In this document: in pieces, positions 14,042 to 28,234 of the stretch
Layout: every line of letters starts with the position of its first letter
How positions within the stretch are numbered: the stretch's first letter is position 1
Notes under the pieces: model-generated
Told to the model about the DNA's origin: nothing
The model's database searches: none
What the model saw: the letters and a program-made list of their open reading frames with translations, nothing else
Position numbers and translations under genes: made by a program
Source: Chiloscyllium plagiosum
Lineage: Eukaryota
Reading direction: 5' to 3'
DNA length: 64,000 bases
Assembly (NCBI RefSeq): GCF_004010195.1
Contig: NC_057728.1
Span: forward strand, 42,723,552-42,787,551

Positions 14042-14067
14042 CACCTGCCTGGCAGGGCGCTTAAATA
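14042..14067 (+). promoter_or_regulatory. Possible internal promoter (E-box CACCTG 14042-14047, TATA-like TTAAATA 14061-14067)
   Basis: About 85-110 bp upstream of the putative signal-peptide exon ATG at 14150; short motifs only. Confidence 0.3.
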
Positions 14068-14149
14068 TTTCATTATGTGGCTCGTATTCCTATCTGATCG
14101 ACAGAGTGAAGTTGAATTAGTCTGACAAAGGTGTTAGGTAAATGCAATA

Positions 14150-14206
14150 ATGATATTGTGCATTTTATCTTTCACTGCGTTCATACTTGGAGCTGCACAG
14201 ATAAAG
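14150..14206 (+). CDS. PTPRQ: Putative alternative first coding exon of PTPRQ, signal peptide MILCILSFTAFILGAAQIK
   Basis: ATG, hydrophobic 19 codons, AAG|gtattt donor in phase 0, matching exon 14454. Position and length parallel the mammalian signal-peptide exon (MDFLIIFLLLFIGTSETQ, recalled). Confidence 0.7.
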
Positions 14207-14453
14207 GTATTTTTCTAAAAATAAACTTTTATATTCTGTAATTTGTGATAATGTCCATTTTTAGTTATTTAAGTATCGAACTGAAACAAGAGTTACTATG
14301 TGCAGGTAGTAGTTTCAAAGAAAATGAAAATTGACTAACTTCTTGGATGCATCTTATGGCTAAAGAACATATCCAAAATATGTGAAGTATTTTTTGCTCA
14401 GCCAGAATTACATATCAAATAATAACATTTATTTTGTTTTTTTACTCTGTTAG

Positions 14454-14562
14454 GCTGATGTTACTGATGCTACCCCAGGTATGCAATACACCGCCACAGT
14501 TTCCTCAATTTCTTCATCATTTAGCAAATCTGTCAGCAGATCATTCATAACACGTGAAACAA
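14454..14562 (+). CDS. PTPRQ: PTPRQ exon (ADVTDATPGMQYTATVSSISSSFSKSVSRSFITRET)
   Basis: gttag| and |gtaagt; phase 0 to 1; resembles the first mature residues of mammalian PTPRQ (VDVSNVVPGTRY...). Confidence 0.9.
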
Positions 14563-16159
14563 GTAAGTAGATTTGCTATGTTCAATAAACTGTACGCAAT
14601 ACTACATGGTTCAGTTGGCTTTAAATCAACTAGCAAAGCATTTTTGACAAGAATTAAGAATAAACATTGATGGGATCTTTACAGACTATATTTTATTGAG
14701 TTATGGGCATGCAAATGATCATAAAATCTTGACAAAATGATTTTAAGATCAACTGTCACTGGTTTGCTGTTTGTTAAACTTATATTATGCTTCAGTAATT
14801 GATATCAAACATAACCTCTCTCTTCTATTCTTTGTTTTGGATTTTGGAATATAATTACAATAAAATATATACTTAAACCACCTGCACAAAAAAAATGGAA
14901 AACAGTTCTTGACAAAAAATTTTACTAGATGGCCTCCAAATGTAAAATTTATAATTTATGACACTTGATTTTAAAAAAAAATGAAATGTGAATTGTTTTT
15001 CCTGATCATAGGCAGAAGACAATACCTGAGTAGGCAGAGGACTGAGTAAATAAATTCTGAATTTTTTGTTTCATTGATTACTGAGTATTATTAATAAGCT
15101 AGATAATGTGTTAGTAAATGTTGCAATTGATTGTGTTTTATCACATATTAAGTAAGTTAATTCTATTAACATATTTCATTGTGGGTGTATGTTAATGTAT
15201 GTCAGCAATATATTTGGATAAAATATATCAAACTGAAGTATATTTTTTTTACGAGATAGCTGTATATATGGTAGCCACGTGTTACAGTTCGCTTGGAGTC
15301 TAATTGGCTGTGAGAATGTGTACTTTTGCATGTTATACTCTGGAGCTGTCAAAAGTAAAGATTCCAATGTTACTTCCATTACAATCCTTCCCACTCTTGC
15401 TTCGTTTTATTTCTGTGGTGTTTGAAGGATTTGACACTCAATAACCTTTGACAATATTATCAACACATTTTTTTGGCTACCGTTTGGGTGGGATGAGAAC
15501 CCGAAATGTTTAGCTCAGAGGCATGGATGCTATCCACAGTACCTCAGGATTCCTGTAATCTTATGTGTAGAAAATAATATACAATAATATCTAATAACTA
15601 GATTTAATTTCCTTTACAAGAAATAATAATCTAGATCTTGATTTTTGAGGACTGAATGAGTCTGCTGCCTATTTTACTAGGTAAGAGGCTCTTAACATTT
15701 TCAGGTTTTGGCCTCACTGAAATTCAGAGTACCAAGCAGTGGAAAACAAGTGAGTGCTGCTGCCAGGATTGTGATTATGGAAGGTGGGAATATTGTGATA
15801 ACAATGACCCAGATTACAATACACATCTGGGTGGGCAAATAATTCAATACTTATCTATGGAAGGCCCTTCTCATCACCATGGAACTAAACTGTACAGGCT
15901 TCCACCAAGTGGAAAGTGGAATCTGATGTACAAGATAATGTCACTAAATGGCTTATTGTTGGAAACTCCATTGAACACCAGTCAATTTGATGGTGTCATA
16001 TAGTCTTGGGAGGAGAATAAAGCAGTCGAGTTGAAGATTCTGATTCTTACATGTGTGATCATTTCACAAATTTAGAGATGAAAGGCATGCCATCTGCTTA
16101 GAAAGGCATTGGAGCTGGCCTCTGGAATACACACTGAACCATTCTTCAACAGTAATTGA

Positions 16160-17670
16160 GAGAGGCAAGAGTGGAGATTGCTGCGGCCTTGATTAAGATC
16201 TTTGTTCCCTCACTAGCCACTGGAGAGGTCCTGGAGGACTGGCGAGTAGCTAACATTGTTCTTCTGTTCAATAAGGGAAATAGAGATAATTCAGGACACT
16301 ATAGACCCATGAATCTCACGTAGGTGGTTCAGAAGGTGTTGGAGAGAATTCTTAGGGTTAGGATTTATGCTCATTTGGAAAAGCATGACCTAATTATGGA
16401 CAGTCTGCATGGCTTCTGTGCAGGGCAGGTCATGTATTACTAACTTGATTGAATTTTTTGAGGAGGTGACAAAGATGATTGATGAGGTTAGAGCAGTGGA
16501 TGTTGTCTACATGGATTTTAGTAAGGCTTTCGATTAAGCCCCTCATGGTAGGCTTATCCAGAAGATTAAAATGCATGGGATCCATGGTGACTTGGCCATG
16601 TGGATTCAGAATTGGCTTGCCCGCAAAAGGTAGAGAGTAGTGGTGGAAGGGTGTTTTCTGGCTGGAAGTCCGTGACTAGTGGTATTCTGCAGGAATCCAT
16701 ACTGGGACCTCTGTTGTTTGTGATATATTTGGATGAAATGTAGATGTGTGGATTAGTAAGTTTGCAGATGATGCAAAGATTGTGGAGTTGTGGATAGTGT
16801 AAAAGGCTGTCAAAGGATACAGCTAAATATAGATCAGTTGCTGATATGAATTGAGAAATGGCAGATGGAGTTTTAATCCAGGCATGTGTGAGGTGCATAT
16901 TAGGAAATTAAATGTTAAGGAAAAATATGCAGTTATGACAAGACCCTGAACTGCATTGATGTACAGAGGGATCTTAAGGTTTAAGTCCATAGCTCCCTGA
17001 AAGTGGCCACGCAAGTTGATAGGGCGTTAAAGAAGGCATATGGCATGCTTGTTTTTACTGGTCGGGGAACAGAGTACAAATGTCAGGATGTCACATTGCA
17101 ACTTTATAAGACTTTAGTTGGCCACACGTAAGAGTACTGCATTCAGTTCTAGTAGACACATTACAGGAAGGATGTGGAGACTTTGGAGAGGCTGCAGGAG
17201 AGGTTTACGAGGATACTACCTGGATTAGAAGGCATGAACTATAATGGGAGGCTGTAAAAACTCAGGTTGCTTTCTCTGGAGCAGCGGAGGCTGAGGGAAG
17301 ATTTGATAGAAGTCTATAAAATTATGAGATGCATTGATAGCGTTGACAGACAAATCTTTTTTTCCCAGAGTTGAAATGTCTAATACTAGGGGATATGCAT
17401 TTAAGTTGAGGGAGGAAATTTCGAAGGAGATGTGAGGGCCAGTTTTTTTTTAACACAGAGAGTGGTAAGAGTCTGGAATGTATTGCCACAGATGGTGATG
17501 GAGGCAGATACGATAGTGGCATTTAAGGGATTTTTAGCAAATGAATATGCAAGGAATGGAGGGATATGGACCATAGTCGGGCAGAAAGGATTAGTTTAAT
17601 TTGGTGTCATGTTCGGCACATCACTGTGGGCCAAGGAGGCTGTTCCTTTGCTGTACTGTTCTATGTCCTA
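16160..17670 (+). mobile_element. Degenerate CR1 LINE RT fragment
   Basis: Similar to 2151-3272 with stops and frameshifts; CR1 3' tail. Confidence 0.85.
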
Positions 17671-19034
17671 TTTTCTGTGACTTGGAAAACAGCCTACAGT
17701 AGAGAAGCAACTTTGGAAAACAAAGATTCACCAAGGAATCGATATCTACAGATTCGACTATTGCTGTGGATACAGTCAATAATTAATAAGCTGTGGCCTT
17801 AGATTTAAAACTCTAATAGCTCAAAGAGTCTTGGAACTGTTTAACTATGTAACATTTGTCTTTCATTATTTGTACCAGACAATCTCCTTTTAAATTTATT
17901 ATTTGTGTTTGTGTTTGATGTGTATCATGAAACTTTTAAAATTATTTTTCTCAGGGTTAATTGGTCATAAAATTCCTCTTCCTGTCACTGGAAAAAATCT
18001 TGGTAATTGAATCCGTCATTTTCTAATGAACTTATCATAATTGAAGTGTGTTAGCTGTGTACTAAAATATTTATGTGATTGACTGAGAGAGGAATTAGAA
18101 AAAGAGGAGCCAATTCCAGCACCTCAGTTGGTCATTGCAAGTAAAACATTGAATAATCAGAAAAAACTCACAAATCCCAAGAGCGAATTTTAGGAGTTTT
18201 CTTAACATTCTGCCTATGCCACATATTCTGTATGAAAATGTTCTGTTTAGACTGAAGCTGACCAGATATAGTCAAACTATTATTTTCTGAAGTTTAATGG
18301 AGGGGGTTCAAGGCCTACATTAGTTTCATGCAGTATTATTCCAAACTTGCCTCAATAACTCTCTGTAGTGCACCATTCATTGTACAGTCCTGCTCACTTC
18401 AGGCAGAAGTACTGGCCACTTCTGGGACATCCCTGATTTCCTGGCACTGGAGTGCAGAAAGTAGGGAAAGCCCAGCAATGCATCAAATTAAGTGGACAGT
18501 TCACAGCTGCCCTGCACAAATCCTGCCAATTTCCCCAAACACATTTGGCAGAGGTACATTGGCATCTCGCTTTTCCGATGGGAGCCTGGTAGTCAGCCTG
18601 GTGGACTGGGGCTGTGTACAGTCCCTGCCCAGGCAGTGTCTCTTGAGTGGTTGGTGACTGATGGAGGCTGGAGGCGCAAGCAGCAAGCTAAAGTCACCAC
18701 GTAAACATTCTGCCTTTCATGTTGGCAGCTGGGAGAATGGGAAACTACATATTCGTGAAGTGAGATTAGGTAATAATGAAGATGTAAATGCATGCTAGGA
18801 CATGCAAATGAGCTTCTTGCCACGAGTGAGAATCTCTTCTGGCTGTTCAACATCTGCTGGAAAATGAGACGTGTTTGCTCTCGATACTGGGAAGCTCCAC
18901 GTTAGCTGTGTCACAGGATTCTCCCATTGTTATGTGGCTGGGAAATTTCCACCCAATGTATACATCTGTTTGTTATAAAGGAAAGAAAGTATTTCTATTT
19001 TCTGGCATTTTGTCTTAGGACTTGTCAAATCACA

Positions 19035-19440
19035 GCTCCTATTGGAGGAACAACACCTTATCTTCCGCATCGGCACCCTACAGCCCAGATGACTCAACGT
19101 TGAGTTCTCCAATTTCAAGTAACCTCCCTCCCCATCCCCTGACTCCCTTACCAGCCCCATCCCCTTCCTTCCATTGCTCTCTGCCACCAACCTGATTCAT
19201 TCCTCCCATTGACAAACCAAGTCGTACCCTCTACTGTCTTCACCTATCCCCACTTCACCATCCTGCTCCAGTCTCCCCCATTATCTGCAGCTCACCCCAC
19301 ATCCACCCCCAGTCCTGAAGAAGGGTTACACTCAAAACGGTGACTTCTGCACCTCTTGATGCTGCCTGGCCTGTTGTGTTCTTCTAGCCTCCTGCCTGTC
19401 TGCTTTGGATTCCAGCATCTGCAGTTTCTTTGTCTCTAAT
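19035..19440 (+). mobile_element. Penelope-like element 3' fragment
   Basis: LEEQHLIFRIGTLQP ORF end; degenerate hammerhead at about 19311-19345. Confidence 0.75.
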
Positions 19441-19605
19441 ATGATGTTTTGGCAGACAGTGGATTCCAAATGTGAGATTTCACAAGCATGATAGATACAC
19501 AATCTGTATTACCATTTTTATCCCTATTAGTACTCAAATCTTTTTCATAATATATTATAAACTTATTGAAAGTGAGTTTTAATTTTTAAATGTATTTCAA
19601 TGCAG

Positions 19606-19832
19606 ATCCAGCCTCTCCAGATGGTCTTACAGTGGGCCCCATTGGTGCTACAGCTATAATGTTGGCATGGAGCTTACCTTCTCGTCCAAATGGAAGAATT
19701 TTATCCTATAGAGTAGAGTACAAAGAAGTTTGTCCTGCGCAGCAAGCCAACTTTATCCAAGTTTCAACAAATGCAGATACTCCTGAATTTCTTCTTAATA
19801 ACCTGAAACCAGGGACAGCTTATAAGATTCGG
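19606..19832 (+). CDS. PTPRQ: PTPRQ FN3 exon (PASPDGLTVGPIG...YKEVCP...LKPGTAYKIR)
   Basis: tgcag| and |gtaagt; phase 1 to 0. Confidence 0.95.
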
Positions 19833-22165
19833 GTAAGTCGATTTTTCCTGCTGCACATCATAAAGAAAACTGTTTTTGAGTTATTGCTCACATTGCTATC
19901 TGACTTGCACTCTACCTGCACCATATTTTCAGCATTGTCATTGGCTATGAATGACATCACTGAATTTTTATTCTGAGATAATTAAAGGCCACAATAGCAG
20001 TAACATTAGCCAATCGGCTGAGCACTATTGCAGTGATAGGGCATTGTTTGCCAAAGCAAGTCAGTACACCACTTTCCCAATGGAAAACTCCAGCAGTTTG
20101 ACTTGTGTTCTGACCAGGTGTACGAATTGCAATAGTTTTGTTTGTTTTTAAAATTATTCTAATGAACCCCCAATTTTTTTCACGTGTAGGAGGAAGGATG
20201 GATCAGCACCCCTTTAGGTAATACATTGGTTGACTGCAACAGCTTTTAAAAAATAATTTGCACATAGATGTATTATTCTTCAAGTACACATAATGAGCCA
20301 ATAATAAGCTTTTCTTCCATGAAAGGAAGAAGAATTTCATTGCTTACTAATCCTAAGCAAAGGAATAATACACAACATCAAATACACACAAACACAACAA
20401 TAGGTTTTGAAAGGGGAAGAACATCTAGTATGAAAAGGAAGATCAAGAATATGCAATTTAAAAAGTCCTTACAGTCCTTGAGATGTAGGTATAACTTGAG
20501 ACCACAACTGTTTAACTGACGGTTTCTATCCTTTGCAGGAGCAACATTATTTAATATCTTTGAGTTTGTGGTGATAGAGGTTTCTTCACTTTGTTTCATC
20601 ACAAGGCATATTTTTCAAGAGGCGAAAAGAAACTGGGAGAGAGAGAGATAGATGAAGAGACTAAGCACTCCACTTCTGCTGTTACATATTTTTACTTTTT
20701 CTCTGCTCTCTGCCCCAAATGCTGTTACCTGAAATATAATTCTTTTGTGTATTCTCATGTCTAGCTTCATTGTTTTTCCCAAGTTTCATAATCTGCAGGT
20801 GACTTTTTTAAAAATTCACTTACTAGATATGGGTGCCATTGGCCAGGCCAGCATTTATTGCCCATCCCCAATTGCCCAGAGGGCAGTTAAAAGTCAACAC
20901 TCAGGCCAGACCAGGTAAGGATGGTAGTTTCCTTCCCTAAAGGACATTAGTGAACCCGCTCAGTTTACCCAAAAATTGACATTGGATTTATGGTCATCAT
21001 TAATTCCAGATTTTAAAAAATTACATTCAAATTCCATGGCAGGATTTGAACTGGGTCCCCAGAACATTATCTGGTTCTCTGTGTTAACAGTCCCGTGATA
21101 ATACCTCTAGGCCATTGCCTCCAAAAACTAACTGCAATAACTTCCATTGCAATATGTAGAACTTCCATATCTATCAAACATGATTTGGTGGTGCCGGTGT
21201 TGGACTGGGGTGGACTGGGTTGATGAACCACCCAATGAAGAGGCACCACCTTGAAAGCTAGTGCTTCCAAATAAATCTGTTGGACTATAACCTGGTGTTG
21301 TGTGATTTTTAACTGTATCAAACATGAGATATACATCTGATTTTTAGTGATTTTGACAACAAGGTTAATTTTAGTTCAGACTGGGTCTCATTTATTCATG
21401 TTTTCATGAACTATCTTGCTGTCATCCCAACCAATATATAAAAATATGCACAAATGTTGGAGTGAAGAATATGAGGAAAAATATGTGAGAGCAATATATC
21501 CTGAAAAGCCAATTTTACATGTGTTCCTGAAAATCATGCCTGCAGGTTTCTTACCATGCCATTATACTTGTTATTTGTTCTTTGTCCCTTTTATTGCATT
21601 GTTGGTCAAAAAAGACATTGCCTTGGCAGCAATTTGGAATGGCCTACTACACATACCTGTGTATGTGTCAATCTGTCAAAAGTTAAAAGCATACACTTTG
21701 TTCCTTTTTGGAGCTCCGTAAGCTTAAAATGAAATACAGCTTATTGGGCATTTTAAAACAAAGTTATCATGTCAGTGTTTGTCTGAGCACATTTAATTTG
21801 ATAATCTTATGCAGAACAGCATATTTCTTTCTCATCTGTTAACTGCATCTCCAGCAGCACTGTTACTGGGGTAGTTCAAACTGGGGCATTTAGGGACAAG
21901 CACTAAATGATAGCCATGCTAGCTCCGCCAATATTACCTGAAAAAAGTTTTGAAGTATCAGTGCACAGTTGCACACTATTGACTTTTCAGCAGCCTTCAC
22001 TCAACTTGCTTCAGCACTTCTCATGGGCTCCACATTCTGAAAGGAGGACCCTTCACTACATTGCATAACACTGGCTCCTAGAATGTTCTTGAATTGTTTA
22101 GTGACTCTGCTCCTGCCATATTTTTGTGAAAATTAGTGAAGACAGTTTTAAGGTTTACTAGAAGA

Positions 22166-22403
22166 TGTACTGTACTGATTATAATGAGGTCGGCCAGGTG
22201 GACTTCATAGAAAATGAGTTCGCTGACTGGGGTGGTTAATTTGGTCCAATCAGGGACCCTGGCTGACAGACATAAACAGGAATGTCAGAGGTTCTGTTCA
22301 CTAGGATAGCTGGCTCTGAGAGAGCTGGATCAGTGCAAGGGCTTTCCACATGTAAATAAAGGGTGACTTGGTGAGAGATATCAGCTGCTGTGGAGGTATT
22401 TCA
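22166..22403 (+). mobile_element. Probable Gypsy-type LTR remnant (related inverted fragment at 1-95)
   Basis: TG...CA, AATAAA at about 22355, TGG just after the end; the 3' half is similar to the reverse complement of 1-95. Confidence 0.5.
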
Positions 22404-22760
22404 ATGGTAATGAGAGAAAAGCATGCTCCTGAAGAAATTTGCTTGCAACAGTTGTCTTTAAGTTCTGGAATCATGCTGTTGGCATTGCTTAGTATTACCT
22501 AGCTTTGAAGAAAAAATGTCCCAATCCAAACTGTTAGAGTTACTCACTGAATCTGAATATTATTAATTATGTTGTAGAATGTGGAGCTGACTTATTTCTG
22601 TATATTGTGCTCCTTTATTGACATTTTCTTCAAATATTAATTCATGTGGCCATTTATCTTAACTATTTAGTTCTTTATAGATTACAAATAAATCAATTCA
22701 CCAAGTTATATCTTCTATTGAAACTGTACAGATTAAAACTTGTTTTATTTACGTTATTAG

Positions 22761-22830
22761 ATTGCAGCTGAAAACAATGCTGGCATTGGAGCTTTTAGTA
22801 CTTTTCGGAAAGTTGTAACTGCAGAAAGTG
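22761..22830 (+). CDS. PTPRQ: PTPRQ exon (IAAENNAGIGAFSTFRKVVTAES)
   Basis: attag| and |gtaagt; phase 0 to 1. Confidence 0.93.
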
Positions 22831-22970
22831 GTAAGTTCAGTAACGTTAGCATTTTTGCATCCATCTTACACTACTTCAACTTATTGGTATTTAAAGTGTC
22901 ACTGATCAATGCATTACATAAGAGAAGAACTAAGAAGGTACCATATTTCAATATTTTGCTGATCTTGTCA

Positions 22971-23250
22971 TAGAGTCATAGTCATAGAGTTATACCGCAC
23001 GGAAACAGACCTTTCAGTCCAACTATTCCATGCTGAACATAATCCCAAACTAAACTAGTCCCACCTATCTGCTCCTGGCCCATATCCCTCCAAACCTTTC
23101 CTATTTATGTACCTATCCAAAGGTCTTTTAAACACAGTTGTAGCCACATCCATCAATTCCTCAAGAGTTCATTCCACATGTGGACCAGCCTCTGTGTAAA
23201 AATATTGCCCTTCATGTCTTTTTTAAATCTCTATCCTTTCATTTCAAAAT
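22971..23250 (-). mobile_element. CR1 LINE 3' end
   Basis: (catagagt)n tail on the + strand; similar to other CR1 tails. Confidence 0.75.
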
Positions 23251-25386
23251 TTTCTTGAAAAATATTCAGGCTCATAAAATTCTACAGCCCAGAGCAGAAC
23301 ATTTTGACTCCCAAAAGTAATTGGATTAGCTTCACTCCCCTGCTCTTTTATCATTGCCTCATTTTTCTTTTCCTTTTTAAGGAAGTTACTATTAAATCTA
23401 CTTCCACTATCCTTTCAGAAAGGCTTTCCTGATTATGACAAGTTGCTATGTAAAAAAAATCTCAATTCATATTTTCACTTCTGATTCTTTTTCAAACTAT
23501 CTCAAGTCTGCGTCCTTTAGCCTAATCTGTCAATCTCTGTGTCACAAATTCCATCTTTCCTAATAGAAGGGGCATCAAGTTAAGGTGATCTCCAAACATC
23601 CAGTGACAGTGATGTAAGCAACCAGCCAAACACATTCAAAGTTTCTCACAGATAGCAAATCAAGATATCATTGAGAGTATTCTTCAATTTTAATTTCACT
23701 TTTCAAATTAGAAGTAAAATGATTATGATTACATTAAGAAAGAATCTAAAATAGCACAAATTTAAAAATGTGTTATTTTCAAAATATATGTCTTTTTAAA
23801 AAAAACTAATAGAGAAATTTGATATTATCTAAGGACAAAATTAGCTTTTTAGAGCCAGCAAGGATAACATTTATGAACTTTGCCATCCAGAGGCACTTGA
23901 TTCAACAAGGTCCCTTTCTCAATGTTTTTCAAAAGTGATCTCACAACATAAAAGTGAAAGTTCTCATCAATTCACTAATTGTTCAGGGATTGTGTGCTTA
24001 GGAGGGAACTCAACAGTAAATTCTGTAGAGGAAGGAAGAATCACTAACAACAGTTTTTGGATGTTCACATTATCCAGTACTAATGACAGAAATTCCTCTT
24101 ACTTCCATTGTGGTAATGATGGCGAATTCTGGATATTTCACCATCATTATCACCACAAAGCATGGGTTGCAAATTGCTGTAAATTTTGATCTTCTTAAAA
24201 ATGACTTCAAGCAAGTAGGACACTGAGGTTATTTATGATGTTCAATAAGTGTATTGGAATTATGAGATTAAGTTATTGATGAAATTGGAGATATTCACAA
24301 AAGTTTGAGACAATAAAAAAGGTTTATAAATTTCAAAGGGGATTATTTGTATATTGTCAGATTGATTCATTCACAGATAACCTGCAAGAGTCAGAGCTGA
24401 GCAGATTGGAATACATAACTCTTACTGCATAGAGTTAGGGAGAGGAGACATTTCTGAACAAAAGCAAACATTTTGGTTGCAACCCCCAGAGTTAATTCTT
24501 TTTAGAGAACAGTCAGGGAAAAAAAACCTAATTTATTGTCTCCGTATGAAAATGAAGAAAGTCAATATATGCTGAAAGATTTTTTAATAAATTGATGACA
24601 CAGAGGTTATTATTTCTTTACATGACCCACAGGAAGTGTGTGTGAACTTTTAGATCGAGGCATGAACTCATACAACCTATTAAAGAAAATTTCTTGCTGA
24701 CTAGTTTCAGTGATTGCTGGGCTGTTTAGTGAGTTTAGTCCAGTAACACGAGTGGAGTGTTGCATTTGTTATTTTCCATTTTCTATGGAACAGTATAACT
24801 CAACCATTATTGCAGGCAAGCCATTGTTTATAAATGTCACTCCCCAATGTTGATAAAAGGAGAAGGACAGAGACTGGAAGGGTGTCCAGCTGCAAAAGAA
24901 CCTGTCAAATCCAAAAATAAAGGTTGGTATTAGGAAGTGATCAACCTGCATCGTGGATGTCCTATATAATATTAGAAAAGCCAGAAGAAATGAATAGGTT
25001 GTATTTCATTAGAAACTCTCTTAGTTTGCCTTATTTCAAATCATCTATGATAAAACTTACATGAAATTTCTGAGCCATTTACTAGGAAGAATAATCAGGA
25101 TGGGTCTATACAACCTTCCTGAATGTTTTTAATCTGATAGGCAGTTGCAACCAAAACTGAAAATCCCCATCTTTATGTTGGCAAGAAGTTCCATAGTCAT
25201 CACATTCGCTTAAATTTTGCTGGATTATGTTGCTCATGCTCAGTCTTTGCTTGCCAGTGCTGTGGACTGGTATCTCATGATAAAATAGTAGCAGAATAAA
25301 TCAGCAGGATTGCATAACATATTCTACATGTGGAGGGAACAGTTTTCAGATCATTCGCTTTATATATTCAAACACTTGTTTCCTAG

Positions 25387-25586
25387 CTCCAGGTCCAGTT
25401 TCATCTCTTACTGCAACAGTAGTCAACCATACAACAGCTAATGTGACATGGTTTCTACCTAAACGACCAAATGGGAAAATTACATATTTCAGTATAATTA
25501 TAAAGTCCGTAAGAAGTGGACGTATATCAAAGAATATATCAGTCAATGCTGATACCCTTTTCCCAAATACATTACCACAGTGTGAG
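25387..25586 (+). CDS. PTPRQ: PTPRQ exon (APGPVSSL...WFLPKRPNGKITYF...LPQCE)
   Basis: cctag| and |gtaggt; phase 1 to 0. Confidence 0.95.
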
Positions 25587-27996
25587 GTAGGTGAAAAGCA
25601 TTTGAAGGTATGTACTATATTTAAACTCTTTATGGCTATAATACTGCAATTATTTTAAAAATATATGATATTGTATCCAAAGATTATTGTTGGCAGCATG
25701 AAAAGATTAAACACATTTAGGTTTTTTCACGATATATTAAATCATAATTTCAATCTGCCAATTACTTTTAAAAATCTTGTGTCTGTAATATATTGTTATG
25801 AAATATTATAATCACAAATGGTATTTAGTTGCAAACATATATCAACATTTACTTGATTAATACAGATCAGTAAATAATCCCCAAAATTGACCTGTCCTTC
25901 CCATGTAACTTGAAAAATGAATAATATAGAAAAAAAAGTCAAACTATTTCAGCCGTCTGATTCTGTACTATTTAGTATTCTCCTCACTCTGTCTAACCTC
26001 TGCCTTCTATCAGGTCCCTCAAGTGAATCTGTCCGTATCTATTTTGCTGCACGGTGGTCTACATAAACTGTAATTACATAACTTTGACTTTCACATGAGA
26101 TAATTTGACCAGAAAATTGCTGCAATCATTCTTTTCAGAGCTTCTTGCCTCTAATCTTTCCTATCTGTTGTTAGAGTACAGCATTGACATGAGGTTTACC
26201 GATAGTCTGCTGCCATCTGCAGTTCCATAGCTCTGCCTTTCTGCATGGTGCTTTCTTTGGGGCACACGTTGTTCCAATATTCAGAGGAAACTACAGCATC
26301 ATCATTTTATCTGTATTTGAGTCTCCTTACTAACTGATCCTTCATCCAACCAGATATATAACAATTTTGTGGTTTAATCTTGGAGATACTTTTACATACG
26401 AGTACATAACAGATTATATGTGAAGGCTTCCTGTTCTAAATATAATTTTTTTTATTCCTGTACTCTGGAACTTTAAAAATTCCCATTGTCCACACTTATA
26501 AAGGCAGAATGTTCTACTAATTCACGGTTAACTCCAGTGAAATAGCATTGGTAAGATCAAGTGTAGTTTGTCATATCTTCCTATAATTTATATTTTGCAA
26601 GCATTAGAAGAGCAGGTAATGTCTTGGAAAATGAAACTAATTACATCCGCAAGAAGAGGATAATTTAATACTAATGAGAACTTTCTCCAAAAAGAAGGTT
26701 CAAATATGTAAACATGTATCTTTAATTTTACTGCAAAGCTTGTATCATTCTGTATATTCTCAGTGGATAGCTCTGTCAGTGGTTTCATGGACTGAATAGA
26801 AGCCAGTTCATCTTGCAGTTTATTCAATACATGATTTAAATCAAAGGAATTACCTATATTGAATGTCAGTATTTGATTAATAAATTTGAGGCTGAAATTT
26901 AATGTCCTTTAATGGAATGACAGGAAACCATGAGGTGGAGTACCTATTGCCTTTCCAACTCACTCCGATTTAAGTGAGCTGTGGGGAACGTTAAGAGCAG
27001 CCATCTTGCCAGGAGACCAATTGAGGCCTTTGTAGCCAATTAATGGTTACAAAAGGATCTCATTCTCACCACTACTGTTATTCTATCAGTGGCATTTGGG
27101 ATGCAGTGGGGGGCTAATGTCACTTGCAGTGGCAACAGGTTTATCGTTGGCTGGCTGTTGTGCAATGGATGCTTCTATTCCAGCACCCTATGCCCAACAG
27201 AAGGACCTACTAATGACAAAAGCCATCCCATGGGTTGCCTCACTTGCCAGAGCCTATCTGTCTGGCCCTGCAAGATTGACCCACTCACTTGGCTCCAAAG
27301 TCTCCATGATTTCTCATCATCCTGGACCACCTGCAGTCCCAGCAGTGGCCATTGCCCTTGAGGACACTGGAGTGCTACTGTCCTCCATCTGGATAACAGC
27401 TCTTGGAGCCAGGATTCCTTGTCGTGAAGGCTCTGAGAATCTTGATGGCAAGCACATAAGTTCTCATTGAGATTTCATCTGATCAGGGCTGCTACTGGCT
27501 CAGCAGTGGGCAGGGTGCGCTCCAGGATTTGGAAGTTAAAGTAAATAAAATCACCCTAGTCCAACTTTCTCATTAGAGAGAAATGATTGGTGGTGGTTTA
27601 ACCAGAGGGCCACCACGTCTCAAGTAAGGGGAGAGGTTGAGAAGGAGGAAGCTTCATGGTAACATCAGCCAGTATGGGATTAAACCCACACTGTTAGTAT
27701 CAAGGTATACAGCAAACTAGCCATCCAGCCAGCTGAGCTAACCTACTGGGTGTAAGCAAGAATCATTTTTATGTTTCATTCTGTTTGTAACTTCCATGTA
27801 GCAGACCCGAACTAAAGGGGCTGAATTTATTTATATCTAGCTTTCTGTCAATTTTTGTCAAAATAAACCAATGATCTGATAATTACCCTTCAACACATTT
27901 GTTACTAAGGAACTCATCTTTCTGTTACTATTCTAAATACTAAGGTATGATTGATACACTTTAACTTATAAATTAATATTGATTTTCAATACATAG

Positions 27997-28234
27997 GATG
28001 ATAGTTCAACAGGCACCACTCCTGCAACATCAGTTTCATCTTCCCCACCAACCAGTAATGGATTTTTAACAGTCATATCAGAAAATCCAATAGAAAAACA
28101 AACATCACCTGAGTTTGCCAGCATTATGGTGGGTCAACTGAAACCGTACACCACCTATCTGTGTGAAGTGTCTGCCTTTACAAAAGAAGGAGAAGGCCAG
28201 ACAGCAAGTACTCTCTTTAGGACACCAGAATGGC
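27997..28234 (+). CDS. PTPRQ: PTPRQ exon (DDSSTGTTP...LKPYTTYLCEVSAFTKEGEG...RTPEW)
   Basis: catag| and |gtaagt; phase 0 to 1. Confidence 0.93.
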
